This document shows positions 38,546 through 48,601 of a stretch of DNA of 64,000 nt, piece after piece. Numbering within the stretch: position 1 is the stretch's first letter; every line of letters starts with the position of its first letter. Position numbers and translations under genes: made by a program. The notes beneath the pieces are model-generated. The model ran no database searches and was not told where the DNA came from. It saw nothing but the letters and a program-made list of their open reading frames with translations. Source of the DNA: Bacteroidota bacterium (GTDB lineage: Bacteria; Bacteroidota; Bacteroidia; Bacteroidales; VadinHA17); contig JAKPOU010000042.1 in assembly GCA_029547705.1 (NCBI GenBank), positions 25,271 through 89,270 of the forward strand, in the 5' to 3' direction.

Positions 38546-39739
38546 ATGAATACGGATAAATTCCTGTCACTGCTCGACAGGCTGACCGCTACCGGAAAAA
38601 GAATCTATTTCACAGGCCTGATAATAGCGCTTCTTGTTACTTCAAATGAAGTGATCCGTCAGATATACAACAACTTTCAGATCTTTTCTTATGGTTCTCT
38701 TGACTTCTGGAATGGCATAAATCCATATTCGGACTGGAATCATCTTTCCATTCTGGGCAAACAGCTTGATGTTTTTATTTACGGACCTCTGTTCTCAATT
38801 CTGTTTACGCCCTTCACCCTTATTCCTGGCTGGGCAGGTGTATATTTGTGGAACATATTCACATATACCCTGTTTTATTTTTCTGTTTTCACCTTACCCG
38901 AAAAATTTTCCTTCAATACCAAAAGATTCATCTTTTTCTTTTCCTCGCTTCTGCTTTTTACAACATTGCTGTCGGTGCAGTTTAATCCGGTAGTTGCGGC
39001 TCTTTTTCTATTCTCTTTCACCCTGTTGGAAAAGAACAGAGGATTCTGGGCGGTACTTCTGATATTGGTATCGGGATTCACAAAAGTTTACGGAATTTTT
39101 CAGATTATAATGCTTCTGTTTTACCCGCGGCTGTGGAGAAATATTTTTTACGCTGTTCTCATCGGAACTTTCCTGTTTCTCCTGCCATTGGTCCGGATCC
39201 CTTTGCCGGAACTTATTGATTATTATAATTCCTGGATATTTCTGGTGACAAACCATCTGGAAGGATTCAACAAATACAGCATTTACCGTCCTTTCCTGGC
39301 TGTTGACGGTTCAATTGCCTCCATTACCGGGTTCATATCGCTGGGAGTGTTTGCAGTTATCGCCATATTCACGCTGATACGGCTGAAAATATTCAGGGAA
39401 TCTTTTATTCTCCGGGCTCAGTACCTGGGACTCCTGATGAGCTGGGTCATTCTGTTCAGTGCAGGTTCGGAGAGACATACCTATGTGGTTGCCGCGGCGG
39501 GATACGCAATATGGTATTCAAGCATATTTCCTGCACGTCCTGAAAAAATACTGCTTTGGATAAATTTATTGCTGCTCGGAGTCCTGCCTGTTGACCTTTT
39601 GTGTCCGAGAATGATATCTGATATCATTCTTGCCAGGCTGCACCTGGGAGTGATTGTTTTTTCAATTACCTGGTTTATAATGGTGAAGAAGACTTTCTTT
39701 TCGTCAGGTTTGCAGCGTGAACTGCCTGCTTTTCAGTGA
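38546..39739 (+). CDS. Polytopic membrane glycosyltransferase (GT-C fold, DUF2029/GT87-like)
   Basis: 397 aa with about 10 TM helices. The first periplasmic loop carries aromatic/acidic residues (DFWNGINPYSDWN). The family call is from overall architecture. Confidence 0.5.
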   Translation: MNTDKFLSLLDRLTATGKRIYFTGLIIALLVTSNEVIRQIYNNFQIFSYGSLDFWNGINPYSDWNHLSILGKQLDVFIYGPLFSILFTPFTLIPGWAGVYLWNIFTYTLFYFSVFTLPEKFSFNTKRFIFFFSSLLLFTTLLSVQFNPVVAALFLFSFTLLEKNRGFWAVLLILVSGFTKVYGIFQIIMLLFYPRLWRNIFYAVLIGTFLFLLPLVRIPLPELIDYYNSWIFLVTNHLEGFNKYSIYRPFLAVDGSIASITGFISLGVFAVIAIFTLIRLKIFRESFILRAQYLGLLMSWVILFSAGSERHTYVVAAAGYAIWYSSIFPARPEKILLWINLLLLGVLPVDLLCPRMISDIILARLHLGVIVFSITWFIMVKKTFFSSGLQRELPAFQ

Positions 39740-40407
39740 TCCTGTATTTTCCCGAAGAGGATGTTTGTTATTGAATCGGGATTTTCATGATGATAGATAT
39801 AGGTTGGCAGATCAAGCTTCATCATGGGGATTCCTCTCCTGAGAGCTCTCTCAAAAAGGTCACTGTCGGGGCCCAGTTTGATGTTTCTGAATCCTTCAAG
39901 AGATAACATTGTTTCCCTTTCGATCACGAATGTGCCTCCTATGATGCAATCTTTCAGATGTATCGGTCTGGAAGGATCATTCCTGTCCGGCACATACTGG
40001 TTGCCGAGTATCTCCACGCCTCCGTGCAGGAAGCGGATACCGGGATTCTGTAACAGGATTTTTTTCCTTGATGCCAGGTGATCACGATGGTATTCATCAT
40101 CTGAATCGAGGAAGGTGATATATCTGCCTGACGACATCCTGATGCCGTAATTCTTTGTCAGGGCTTCGCCACTGTGTTCTTTCCTGAAATACCTGATTCT
40201 GCTATCCGCTTTCAGGAAGGGAAATATCCTGGAATATGTGTCATCTGTGCTTCCGTCATCGACTATTATCCCTTCCCAGTCCTTTTCGCTCTGTCCTGTA
40301 AGGGATTTCAGGGCTCTTTCAATGAGTCCGCCCCTGTTGTAGCTGGCCGTTATTACCGAGAACATTGGCTCCGGGTCCATATTCCGGCTGTTATCTTCAG
40401 ATTTCAT
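39733..40407 (-). CDS. Family 2 glycosyltransferase
   Basis: Contains FSVITASYNRGGLIERALKSLTGQ, IIVDDGSTDDT and FLDSDDE. Confidence 0.8.
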   Translation of the reverse strand: MKSEDNSRNMDPEPMFSVITASYNRGGLIERALKSLTGQSEKDWEGIIVDDGSTDDTYSRIFPFLKADSRIRYFRKEHSGEALTKNYGIRMSSGRYITFLDSDDEYHRDHLASRKKILLQNPGIRFLHGGVEILGNQYVPDRNDPSRPIHLKDCIIGGTFVIERETMLSLEGFRNIKLGPDSDLFERALRRGIPMMKLDLPTYIYHHENPDSITNILFGKIQDH

Positions 40408-40508
40408 GTCTGCAGTTTTACCTCTCTATTGTTCAATTATTTTCCGCTTATTACATTAATATTCCGGGGAATCTTTTTCTACTGACCTGTCCTGTTGCTC
40501 ACTACGGC

Positions 40509-40964
40509 CTATTCCCTGAGCAGCCTGACATTAATTGCAGACGGTCCCCTGGTGCCCCTGGTTATTTCATAGCTTACCTCATCGTTTTCGGCGACCGGTT
40601 CAAGAAGATTGTTCATGTGTACAAAAATCCGCTGACCGGAATCGCTGTCGCGGATAAAGCCGAATCCTTTCGATTTGTTGAAAAAGGAGACAACGCCTTT
40701 TTTCCCGGGAGCGGGATCTGTTTCCGGACTGTTATGCCTTATTGTGAGTTCTATGCTCTGAGCATCCACTTCTGTTTTTTTGCCGGGGTCAGGGGGTGTT
40801 GATGAAATGATTCCGAATTCATCAACATATGCGATCATGTCATTAAAGCTGGCTTTTTTCCCTTCACTTCTTTTTTGGGCGCGTTTCTGTTCCTTTTCCT
40901 TTCTCTTTTTCTCTTTCCTGTTTCTTACTTCCTTTTTCCCGAATGTCTCCTGCGATCTTGCCAT
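40509..40964 (-). CDS. Cold-shock-domain protein with a long Lys/Glu-rich N-terminal extension
   Basis: The C-terminal segment GVVSFFNKSKGFGFIRDSDSGQRIFVHMNNL is a CSD. The N-terminus is KKEVRNRKEKKRKEKEQKRAQKRSEGKK. Confidence 0.8.
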   Translation of the reverse strand: MARSQETFGKKEVRNRKEKKRKEKEQKRAQKRSEGKKASFNDMIAYVDEFGIISSTPPDPGKKTEVDAQSIELTIRHNSPETDPAPGKKGVVSFFNKSKGFGFIRDSDSGQRIFVHMNNLLEPVAENDEVSYEITRGTRGPSAINVRLLRE

Positions 40965-41126
40965 GAAATTTCAATGAAGGTTAATAATAAAAATAAATTG
41001 CCGGCTTTATAAATGATGGAATGGGTGATGAATCAATCCTGGAAAATGATCAGATTAATGCACAAGATTGAAAAACCAGGCAGATATCAAAGGTACATTA
41101 AAAAACCGGATTAGTCAGTTCCGGGC

Positions 41127-43043
41127 TTAAATTACTTCAGTCCGGCTGATCATTTTGCTGTTTTCCCTTTCGCCGGTCTGCTGTCTCCACATGGCATGGT
41201 ACATTCCCTGTTTTTCAAGCAGGCTGCTGTGATCTCCCTCCTCGATTATTCTTCCGTTTTCCAGAACGCAGATATGGTCGGCATGCATGATGGTAGACAG
41301 GCGGTGTGCGATAACGAGGGAAGTTCTTCCCCTCAGCAGCAGGTCGAGTGCTTCCTGTACCAGTCTTTCGGATTCTGAATCGAGTGAAGAAGTAGCTTCA
41401 TCAAGAAGAAGGATTATGGGATCTTTGAGCACTGCGCGGGCAATTGAGATACGTTGTCTCTGTCCTCCGGAAAGCTGTACCCCGCGTTCTCCCACAACAG
41501 TGTCGAGCTTTCCGGGGAATGATTTGATGAAGTCCCATGCATTTGCCTTTACCGCCGCTTGAATTATTTCCTCATCGGATGCCCCGGGTTTGCCGTATGC
41601 AATATTCTCCCGTATTGTGCCCCCGAAAAGAAAAACATCCTGCATCACCACGGCCATCTGTGAGCGGAGGGCTGTTACGGGGAATTCCCTGCTGTCGCGG
41701 CCGTCGAAAAGTATCCTTCCCCTGTCGGGCTCATAGAATTTTAAAAGGAGGGATGCTATCGTGGATTTTCCTGCACCGCTTGGTCCCACGATGGCAATTT
41801 CCTGTCCGGGTTTTATGCTGAAGCTCACATCCTCCAGGACTGTCATCTCATCCCTTGAAGGATAGCGGAAATGGACATGATCGAAATCGATTTGTCCGTG
41901 AATCATATAGTCAGGATCGGGGATATACTGCTCGTCAATTCTTTCCGTTGCTTCGTCCATCAGGAGCAGGAGGTTTTCGGCCGCACCGATCGTCCTCTGC
42001 AGTCTTGTGTAAACACCAGCCATTCCGGCTATGTTTCCTGCAATGAACCCTGAATAGATTACAAAGGAGAAAAGCTGTCCGGCTTCCATTTCACCTTTTG
42101 CTATCAGAAGGGCTCCCCTCCAGATGACAAGTCCCATGGCAATGAAGAATCCCAGTATTATGAACGAGACAGCTGCCTGGTATTTTCCCCCTTTTATCCC
42201 TGTGCGGGCCACTTCATCGGTTTTGTCGCGGTATCTGTTTATTTCAAAGAGTTCATTGGTGAATGCCTTCACATTCTGTATGCCCTGCAAGGTCTCCTCA
42301 ACTATGGTATTCGATTCTGCAACATGCGACTGGGCTTTTTTTGAATATCTGCGTATTGCCCTTCCCGAGAAAAATGCAAAAAGGGCCATGGGAGGCACGA
42401 TGGCAAGCATGAAGAGGGTTAATTTAAAGGAGGTCACCATCATGAGGGATATGCCGCCGGTGATTATCAGCAGCTGTGACATGAAATCCGCAAGGGTTTC
42501 TGTGAGTGAATGCTGTAGGATAGCCACATCGGAGGAAATACGGCTGTTAAGCTCACCAACCCTGCGTTCGGCAAAAAAGGCCATCGGCATTTTTATCAGG
42601 TGATTGTAAATATGCTGCCGGATGGATGCCAGTGTTTTTTCCGTGACGTAAACGAATATCCTTGTCCGGGAATAGGAAAATATTGCCTGGGTGATCACTA
42701 TTGCAAGCAGTATGAGTCCTGTTCTGCTTATTTCGCCTGCCAGATTTCCCCTGTTTGCAATATCCACCATGTTCCCCAGATATTTCGGGAACATAAGGCT
42801 CGCCGCACTTGAAATGAGCAGGAAAAACAATCCAAGGATGAAAATCCAGCGGTAGGGCTTCAGAAACCTGTATAGTTTCATTAATTCCCGCAATCCCGAT
42901 ACCGTACTTTTGTCCTTGTTTTCCTCGTTGCCCTTTATTTTGTCATCTTCGTTGCCTTTCATTGCCTTTCTTTGCCTTTTTTGTTTTTCGTCAGCTTCTG
43001 TTGCTTTTGCCGCCTTTACTCCGCGTTTTTTCCCTCTTTTCAT
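41127..43043 (-). CDS. ABC exporter, fused permease/ATPase (MsbA/ABCB type) with a Lys-rich N-terminal tail
   Basis: Six-TM domain plus Walker A (GPSGAGKST), signature (LSGGQRQR) and Walker B (ILLLDEATS). The first ~45 aa are basic and low-complexity. Confidence 0.9.
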   Translation of the reverse strand: MKRGKKRGVKAAKATEADEKQKRQRKAMKGNEDDKIKGNEENKDKSTVSGLRELMKLYRFLKPYRWIFILGLFFLLISSAASLMFPKYLGNMVDIANRGNLAGEISRTGLILLAIVITQAIFSYSRTRIFVYVTEKTLASIRQHIYNHLIKMPMAFFAERRVGELNSRISSDVAILQHSLTETLADFMSQLLIITGGISLMMVTSFKLTLFMLAIVPPMALFAFFSGRAIRRYSKKAQSHVAESNTIVEETLQGIQNVKAFTNELFEINRYRDKTDEVARTGIKGGKYQAAVSFIILGFFIAMGLVIWRGALLIAKGEMEAGQLFSFVIYSGFIAGNIAGMAGVYTRLQRTIGAAENLLLLMDEATERIDEQYIPDPDYMIHGQIDFDHVHFRYPSRDEMTVLEDVSFSIKPGQEIAIVGPSGAGKSTIASLLLKFYEPDRGRILFDGRDSREFPVTALRSQMAVVMQDVFLFGGTIRENIAYGKPGASDEEIIQAAVKANAWDFIKSFPGKLDTVVGERGVQLSGGQRQRISIARAVLKDPIILLLDEATSSLDSESERLVQEALDLLLRGRTSLVIAHRLSTIMHADHICVLENGRIIEEGDHSSLLEKQGMYHAMWRQQTGERENSKMISRTEVI

Positions 43044-43383
43044 TCCCTTCTCTCCGGTTTCTGTTTTTTATTTCCTTCTTTTGTTCCCCTTAACTGCTGT
43101 CCCCATATCCTCCCGACCGGATTAACATCGCTGTACCTCTCAGCTCATCCGCAATTATTTAAACAGGTAATATTCTTATACGGTTTGAACATTTCTGAAA
43201 AGATTTTGTGCAAAGATACAAATCCGCAGGGTATCAATGCCGGATGCATTGAATATTGCAGCAGGTAACAGGCAGGGTCAGTCAATTTTAACAAATTTTT
43301 AAGAATATGATTTATACAGATATTTCTTTTCAAATGTTAAATTTGTCTGCCGTATTAACTGCCTAAAACTTGGAGGATTTCTT

Positions 43384-44535
43384 ATGTTAAAGTATTCTAA
43401 ATCTTTTAGCCTTGCAGCGCTTATTATTTTCGGAAGTTTTTTATCCGGCATTACAGCCGGTGCATCAGCTGACAGTGTAACCTTATTCACTCCGAATACC
43501 AGGATATCCGTTCCTCCGGGTGAATCGATCACATACAGTATTGATGTCATAAACAAAAGCAAGGGAGTCCGGAACATGGATATTTCGGTACCGGGAATTC
43601 CGCGCACCTGGGTCTATTCTCTCACATCAGGCTCATACAAGGTTGGCAGGATAGCGGTGCTGCCTGAGCAGAAACAGACACTCACCCTGAAGGTGGATGT
43701 TCCCATGAAGGTTAACAAGGGCAGCTACGGATTTTCAGTCGTTGCAGGCGGCGGTGCGAGTCTGCCTCTGGTTATTGTGGTGACCGAGCAGGGTACATAT
43801 GAAACTGAATTCACAACAAAACAGTCGAATATGCAGGGTCATTCCACTTCAACCTTCACTTTTTCTACGGAGCTCAGGAACAGAACAGGGGAGACTCAGT
43901 CCTATGCCTTCAGAACCAATGCCCCGAGAGGGTGGAATGTCATATTCAAACCGAATTACAATCAGGCCACATCGGTGGAGATTGAACCGAACAGTACTTC
44001 CAATGTAACAATTGAGATTAAACCTCCTGTGAATATCCAGGCGGGAACATATCAGATACCTGTTGTTGCAGCTACAAATGTCACTTCTGCAAATCTGGAT
44101 CTGGAAGTTGTAATAACCGGATCGTTCAATATTGAACTCACAACACCCAGCGGATTGCTCAGCACCGGAATAACGGCGGGCGATTCCCGAAGGATTGAGC
44201 TTCTGGTCAGAAATACCGGTTCATCTGGTCTTGATGATGTGGAGATGTCCTTTTCTGCACCTGTTAACTGGGATGTGGTTTTTGACCCTCCGAAGATTGA
44301 CAGGATAGAAGCCGGCAGCAACAGCAAGGTTTTTGCCACGATCAAAGCAGACAAAAAGGCGATTGCAGGGGATTATGTGGCAAATCTTGAGGCGAAGACA
44401 CCCGAAGCGTCTTCCAGGGCTACAATCAGAATATCGGTAAAGACACCCATGTTGCTGGGATGGATAGGTGTGGCTGTTATTGCCGTGGCACTGGGCAGCG
44501 TTTATTTTCTGTTCCGTAAATACGGAAGGAGGTAA
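43384..44535 (+). CDS. NEW3-domain (COG1470-like) secreted protein with a C-terminal TM anchor
   Basis: Signal peptide followed by three repeats of an Ig-like unit (SVPPGESITYSIDVINKS.., VEIEPNSTSNVTIEIKPP..AGTYQIPV, IEAGSNSKVFATIKADKKAIAGDY). C-terminal helix LLGWIGVAVIAVALGSVYFLF. Confidence 0.6.
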   Translation: MLKYSKSFSLAALIIFGSFLSGITAGASADSVTLFTPNTRISVPPGESITYSIDVINKSKGVRNMDISVPGIPRTWVYSLTSGSYKVGRIAVLPEQKQTLTLKVDVPMKVNKGSYGFSVVAGGGASLPLVIVVTEQGTYETEFTTKQSNMQGHSTSTFTFSTELRNRTGETQSYAFRTNAPRGWNVIFKPNYNQATSVEIEPNSTSNVTIEIKPPVNIQAGTYQIPVVAATNVTSANLDLEVVITGSFNIELTTPSGLLSTGITAGDSRRIELLVRNTGSSGLDDVEMSFSAPVNWDVVFDPPKIDRIEAGSNSKVFATIKADKKAIAGDYVANLEAKTPEASSRATIRISVKTPMLLGWIGVAVIAVALGSVYFLFRKYGRR

Positions 44536-44538
44536 AGG

Positions 44539-45513
44539 GTGGCGGAAAATATTATTGAACTCAGGGACCTGACGAAGAAATACGGATCTTTCACTGCGGT
44601 TGACCAGCTGAACCTGACAATACGTGAAGGTGAGATATTTGGTCTTCTCGGGCCCAACGGTGCAGGAAAGACAACCACCATCCTGATGATGCTCGGGCTG
44701 ACTGATCCCACTTCGGGAAGCGTGAGGGTATGCGGGATTGATTCAACAAGCAGCCCGACTGAAGTCAAGAAAAAGGTTGGATATCTTCCTGAGAATGTAG
44801 GGTTCTATGAGGATATGACAGGACTCCAGAACCTTGTTTTTACAGGCCGTCTGAACGCTGTTACGGGAAACGAGGCAATGGAAAAGGCGGAGGAGCTTCT
44901 GGAAAAGGTCGGTCTGACGGAACATTCCGGCAAGAAGACTCTGAAGTATTCACGGGGAATGCTGCAGAGGCTGGGGCTTGCCGATGTGCTTATCAAGAAT
45001 CCGGAAATAATCATACTTGACGAACCCACTCTTGGTATTGACCCGGCCGGTGTAAGGGAGTTCCTGGATCTGATTGTGCGTCTCAGCAGGGAACAGGGAA
45101 TAACAGTACTGTTTTGTTCGCATCATCTTCACCAGGTACAGCAGGTTTGTGACCGTGTCGGGATATTTGTGGAAGGCAGGCTTCTGGCTTCAGGAGACAT
45201 ACAGACCCTGTCGGAGAATCTTTTTTCCGGCAGTCCGTACACGGTGGAAGTCGGACTGAGAAACCCTCCGCAGGGCTATCATGATCAGAACAGTGCAAGG
45301 TGGCTTCGGGACCTTCTCGGAAATATTGAAGGTGTGGGGAAGGTGAGTCTGAATTATGGAAAATACATTGTAGAATGCAGGCGTGATGTGGCTGAGGAGA
45401 TAGCGGCAAGGGTTGTGGAAGCCGGCGCCGGTCTCAATTACCTGAACAAAAAGGAGTACGGGCTGGATGATATTTATCACCGTTATTTTGAAGGAAGGGG
45501 GAATAATGAATAA
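44539..45513 (+). CDS. ABC transporter ATP-binding protein
   Basis: GTG start 3 nt after the NEW3 gene. Walker A GPNGAGKTT, signature YSRGMLQRL and Walker B IIILDEPT. Confidence 0.9.
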   Translation: MAENIIELRDLTKKYGSFTAVDQLNLTIREGEIFGLLGPNGAGKTTTILMMLGLTDPTSGSVRVCGIDSTSSPTEVKKKVGYLPENVGFYEDMTGLQNLVFTGRLNAVTGNEAMEKAEELLEKVGLTEHSGKKTLKYSRGMLQRLGLADVLIKNPEIIILDEPTLGIDPAGVREFLDLIVRLSREQGITVLFCSHHLHQVQQVCDRVGIFVEGRLLASGDIQTLSENLFSGSPYTVEVGLRNPPQGYHDQNSARWLRDLLGNIEGVGKVSLNYGKYIVECRRDVAEEIAARVVEAGAGLNYLNKKEYGLDDIYHRYFEGRGNNE

Positions 45514-46510
45514 TATGACAGCAACAGTGAAGAAAAGGAAAAAACTGTGGAAGGCTGACGAGGTTGTTCATCCTTTCAGGGTGATTGTCCACAAGGAGAT
45601 TTCCGACCAGGTGAACAGCTGGCGCTTTATAATACTGCTTTTCATTATCGGTCTTACCTGCTTCGGGTCGATGTACACGGCCCTGACAAACATAGGAAGT
45701 GCGGTACAGGCCAATGATCAGGAAGGAAATTTTCTGTTCCTGAAGCTTTACACCATTTCTGACGGTACTCTTCCGTCGTTTTTCGTGTTTATAAGCTTTC
45801 TGGGGCCGTTGCTCGGAATCAGTCTGGGATTTGACACCGTCAACTCGGAGCAGACAAAGGGAACGCTAAGCCGGCTGATGTCACAGCCTATTCACCGTGA
45901 TTATCTCATTAACGCGAAATTCGTGTCGGCGCTCACAGTGATCAGCGTACTGTTCTTTGCTCTCGGATTTCTGTTTATGGGACTGGGAATTATCATTACG
46001 GGGCTTCCCCCGACGCCGGAGGAATTCTGGAGAGTTGTATTCTTCATATTAGTAAGCATTTTATATGTTGCCTTCTGGCTTAATCTGGCGATTCTGTTCT
46101 CGGTAATCTTTCGTCAGCCTGCCACATCCGCCCTGGCATGTATCGCCGTGTGGCTCTTTCTCACGGTTTTTTACAATCTTATCGTCAATCTGATAGCCAA
46201 GGCTATAGCACCTTCGGCAATGGCAAGCACACATCAGGTATTCCGCTACCAGGAAATAATTATGACACTGATGAAGATATTGCCGGGGGAGCTTTACAGT
46301 GATGCAACAACAACTATTCTGATGCCTTCGGTAAGGAGCCTGGGGCCCCTTACCATGGAACAGATTGTGGGAGCAGTTCCGGGTCCGCTGCCTCTCGGAC
46401 AGAGCCTTCTGCTGGTATGGCCTCAGCTGACTGGACTTATAGCAGCTACCGTTTTCTGCTTTGTATTATCCTATGTAACTTTTATGAGAAGGGAGATCCG
46501 TTCGAGATAA
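45506..46510 (+). CDS. ABC-2-type transporter permease
   Basis: Start at MNNMTATVKK overlaps the ATPase stop. It has six TM helices. Confidence 0.75.
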   Translation: MNNMTATVKKRKKLWKADEVVHPFRVIVHKEISDQVNSWRFIILLFIIGLTCFGSMYTALTNIGSAVQANDQEGNFLFLKLYTISDGTLPSFFVFISFLGPLLGISLGFDTVNSEQTKGTLSRLMSQPIHRDYLINAKFVSALTVISVLFFALGFLFMGLGIIITGLPPTPEEFWRVVFFILVSILYVAFWLNLAILFSVIFRQPATSALACIAVWLFLTVFYNLIVNLIAKAIAPSAMASTHQVFRYQEIIMTLMKILPGELYSDATTTILMPSVRSLGPLTMEQIVGAVPGPLPLGQSLLLVWPQLTGLIAATVFCFVLSYVTFMRREIRSR

Positions 46511-46511
46511 G

Positions 46512-47360
46512 TCATGACGGTTCCACGTGTATGTTCACCGTCAGGTTCTCGTAATTCCTCGACAACTCATCCTCGATCATGTCGCAGAACCTGTGTGCAT
46601 CAGCAACCGAGTGTTCTGCCGGAATCACGACATTGATGTCGATGAACCTGTAGTTTCCGGCAATACGGGTTCTGAGACCGTGATAATTAACCTTCATCAT
46701 TTCGAGTTTTTTCTTGAGGAGCCTGATTTCCTCATCGGTCCAGGCAGTGTCAATAAGCGGCCAGAATGCCTTCCTGAGCAGGTTGAACGCCTCATAGATA
46801 ATGAGTCCGGCAACCATTATTGCCACCAGTGGATCCAGCCATTTGATTCCTGTCAGCATTATCAGCCCCAGTCCGGCTGCAACACCCAGGGATGTGTAAA
46901 CATCGGTTTTCAGATGCAGGGCATCCGCCTCAAGTGCAATGGAACCCGTTTCGGAAGCCACCCTGTATAGTCTCCGGGATACAATGAAGTTGACAATTGA
47001 GGATATGATCATTACGATGATACCTGCCCAGATGAATTCCAGATCGAATGGCTTTCCCGTGAGTTTCTTCACGGCTTCAATGATGATGAACCCGGCAGCA
47101 GCCAGTATCAGGAGAGCTTCAATAACCCCGGAAACATTCTCCACTTTCCCGTGTCCGTAAGGATGTCTGGCATCGGGAGGATTATCCGAGATCTTCACTG
47201 AGAAAAATGCAATAACAGCTGCCAGCAGATCCATGAAAGAGTGAATCGCTTCTGAGATGATGCTTACGGAACCGCTTGCCAGGCCTGCCCCCAGCTTAAG
47301 AACTATAAGCAGGGTATTCGAAATAATGGAGAGCCGTGCTGTTTTAACTTTCAGATTCAT
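46512..47360 (-). CDS. Cation diffusion facilitator (CDF) family transporter
   Basis: Contains SVSIISEAIHSFMDLLA, HLKTDVYTSLG and a C-terminal cytoplasmic domain. Confidence 0.85.
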   Translation of the reverse strand: MNLKVKTARLSIISNTLLIVLKLGAGLASGSVSIISEAIHSFMDLLAAVIAFFSVKISDNPPDARHPYGHGKVENVSGVIEALLILAAAGFIIIEAVKKLTGKPFDLEFIWAGIIVMIISSIVNFIVSRRLYRVASETGSIALEADALHLKTDVYTSLGVAAGLGLIMLTGIKWLDPLVAIMVAGLIIYEAFNLLRKAFWPLIDTAWTDEEIRLLKKKLEMMKVNYHGLRTRIAGNYRFIDINVVIPAEHSVADAHRFCDMIEDELSRNYENLTVNIHVEPS

Positions 47361-47415
47361 TCTGGCCGGAATCAGCTTTGGTTTTTCTGAGGTATTATCC
47401 TGGCTTTTAATAATA

Positions 47416-48534
47416 TTATACGTGTATCAGTTCATAATCCGCATTCCCCAGGCCTATCTTCACGGCATGTTCAATACCTGACTGCCAGTGGGTGTCGGGA
47501 TGGGTCATCCTGAACTTGTCCATTCCGCTTAGATCGCCGTCACTGCGCTTTCCGAGTATTTTACTTCCCCGGAGGCCGGGTGAGGAGGTAACCATGTCGG
47601 CAGAGGCCTTGTCCAGTGCCACCGGGTCAAATGAAGCTGCCATGCCTATGTCGGGGACTATGGGAACATCATTTGCATCCCAGCAGTCGCAATCGGGAGA
47701 AACATCCAGAATGAAGTTTATATGGAACGAGGGTTTGTCCCTTACAACAGCCAGGGCATATTCGGATATTCTCCGGCAGGCAAGTTCGGAGGAATGGTTA
47801 AGTACGAAGCCTGCGGCGTTGTACTGGCAGACTGCAACACACTGTCCGCAGCCCACGCATTTTTCATAGTCGATACGTGCTATCTTGTCACTCTCCACTT
47901 TAATTGCATCATGGGCACAGTATCTTTCACACATTTTGCATCCGGTACAGTTCTCCTCCGTTATTACCGGTGAAGTGCCGGAATGAAGATAGAGCTTGCC
48001 ACCCACCGATGCACAGCCCATTCCCAGGTTCTTGAGGGCTCCCCCGAATCCGGTAAGCTCATGTCCCTTGAAGTGATTCATTGAGATAATGATGTCGGAG
48101 TCTGCTATTGCCGAACCTATTTTAGCTGAGCGGGTAAGTTCCAGGTTCAGTTCCACCTCGCGGTATTCACCCCCTCTTATTCCATCGGCAATTATTACCG
48201 GGCATCCCGTTACCAGCGGATTGTATCCGTGTTCAAATGCCGCCTCAAGATGTTCAGGCGCATTTGCACGTTTTCCATGATACAATGTGTTGCAGTCGGT
48301 CAGGAAGGGAAGTGCTTTTTCTGCTTTGAGGAATTTCACAATGTGTGCTGCAAAGTTGGGCCTCAGATAGGCAAGATTACCGGGTTCGCCGAAATGTATC
48401 TTGACTGCCACTATTTTCTTTTCAAACTCTATTTGTTTTATTCCGGCTTTAATAATCAGATTGTTAAGTTTTTTCAGCAGATTCAGGCCGGGTTTTATTC
48501 TCAGGTCAGTAAAATAAACCTTTGATTTTTCCAT
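47416..48534 (-). CDS. DUF362-domain protein with a 2x[4Fe-4S] ferredoxin insert
   Basis: Contains VAVKIHFGE, MNHFKGH and the two cluster motifs CTGCKMCERYC and CVGCGQCVAVC. Confidence 0.8.
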   Translation of the reverse strand: MEKSKVYFTDLRIKPGLNLLKKLNNLIIKAGIKQIEFEKKIVAVKIHFGEPGNLAYLRPNFAAHIVKFLKAEKALPFLTDCNTLYHGKRANAPEHLEAAFEHGYNPLVTGCPVIIADGIRGGEYREVELNLELTRSAKIGSAIADSDIIISMNHFKGHELTGFGGALKNLGMGCASVGGKLYLHSGTSPVITEENCTGCKMCERYCAHDAIKVESDKIARIDYEKCVGCGQCVAVCQYNAAGFVLNHSSELACRRISEYALAVVRDKPSFHINFILDVSPDCDCWDANDVPIVPDIGMAASFDPVALDKASADMVTSSPGLRGSKILGKRSDGDLSGMDKFRMTHPDTHWQSGIEHAVKIGLGNADYELIHV

Positions 48535-48601
48535 GGAATTATTTTAATACCGCAAAAATAGTCAGAAAATATTAATATCAGAATATGGTACAACGGAGCT
48601 G

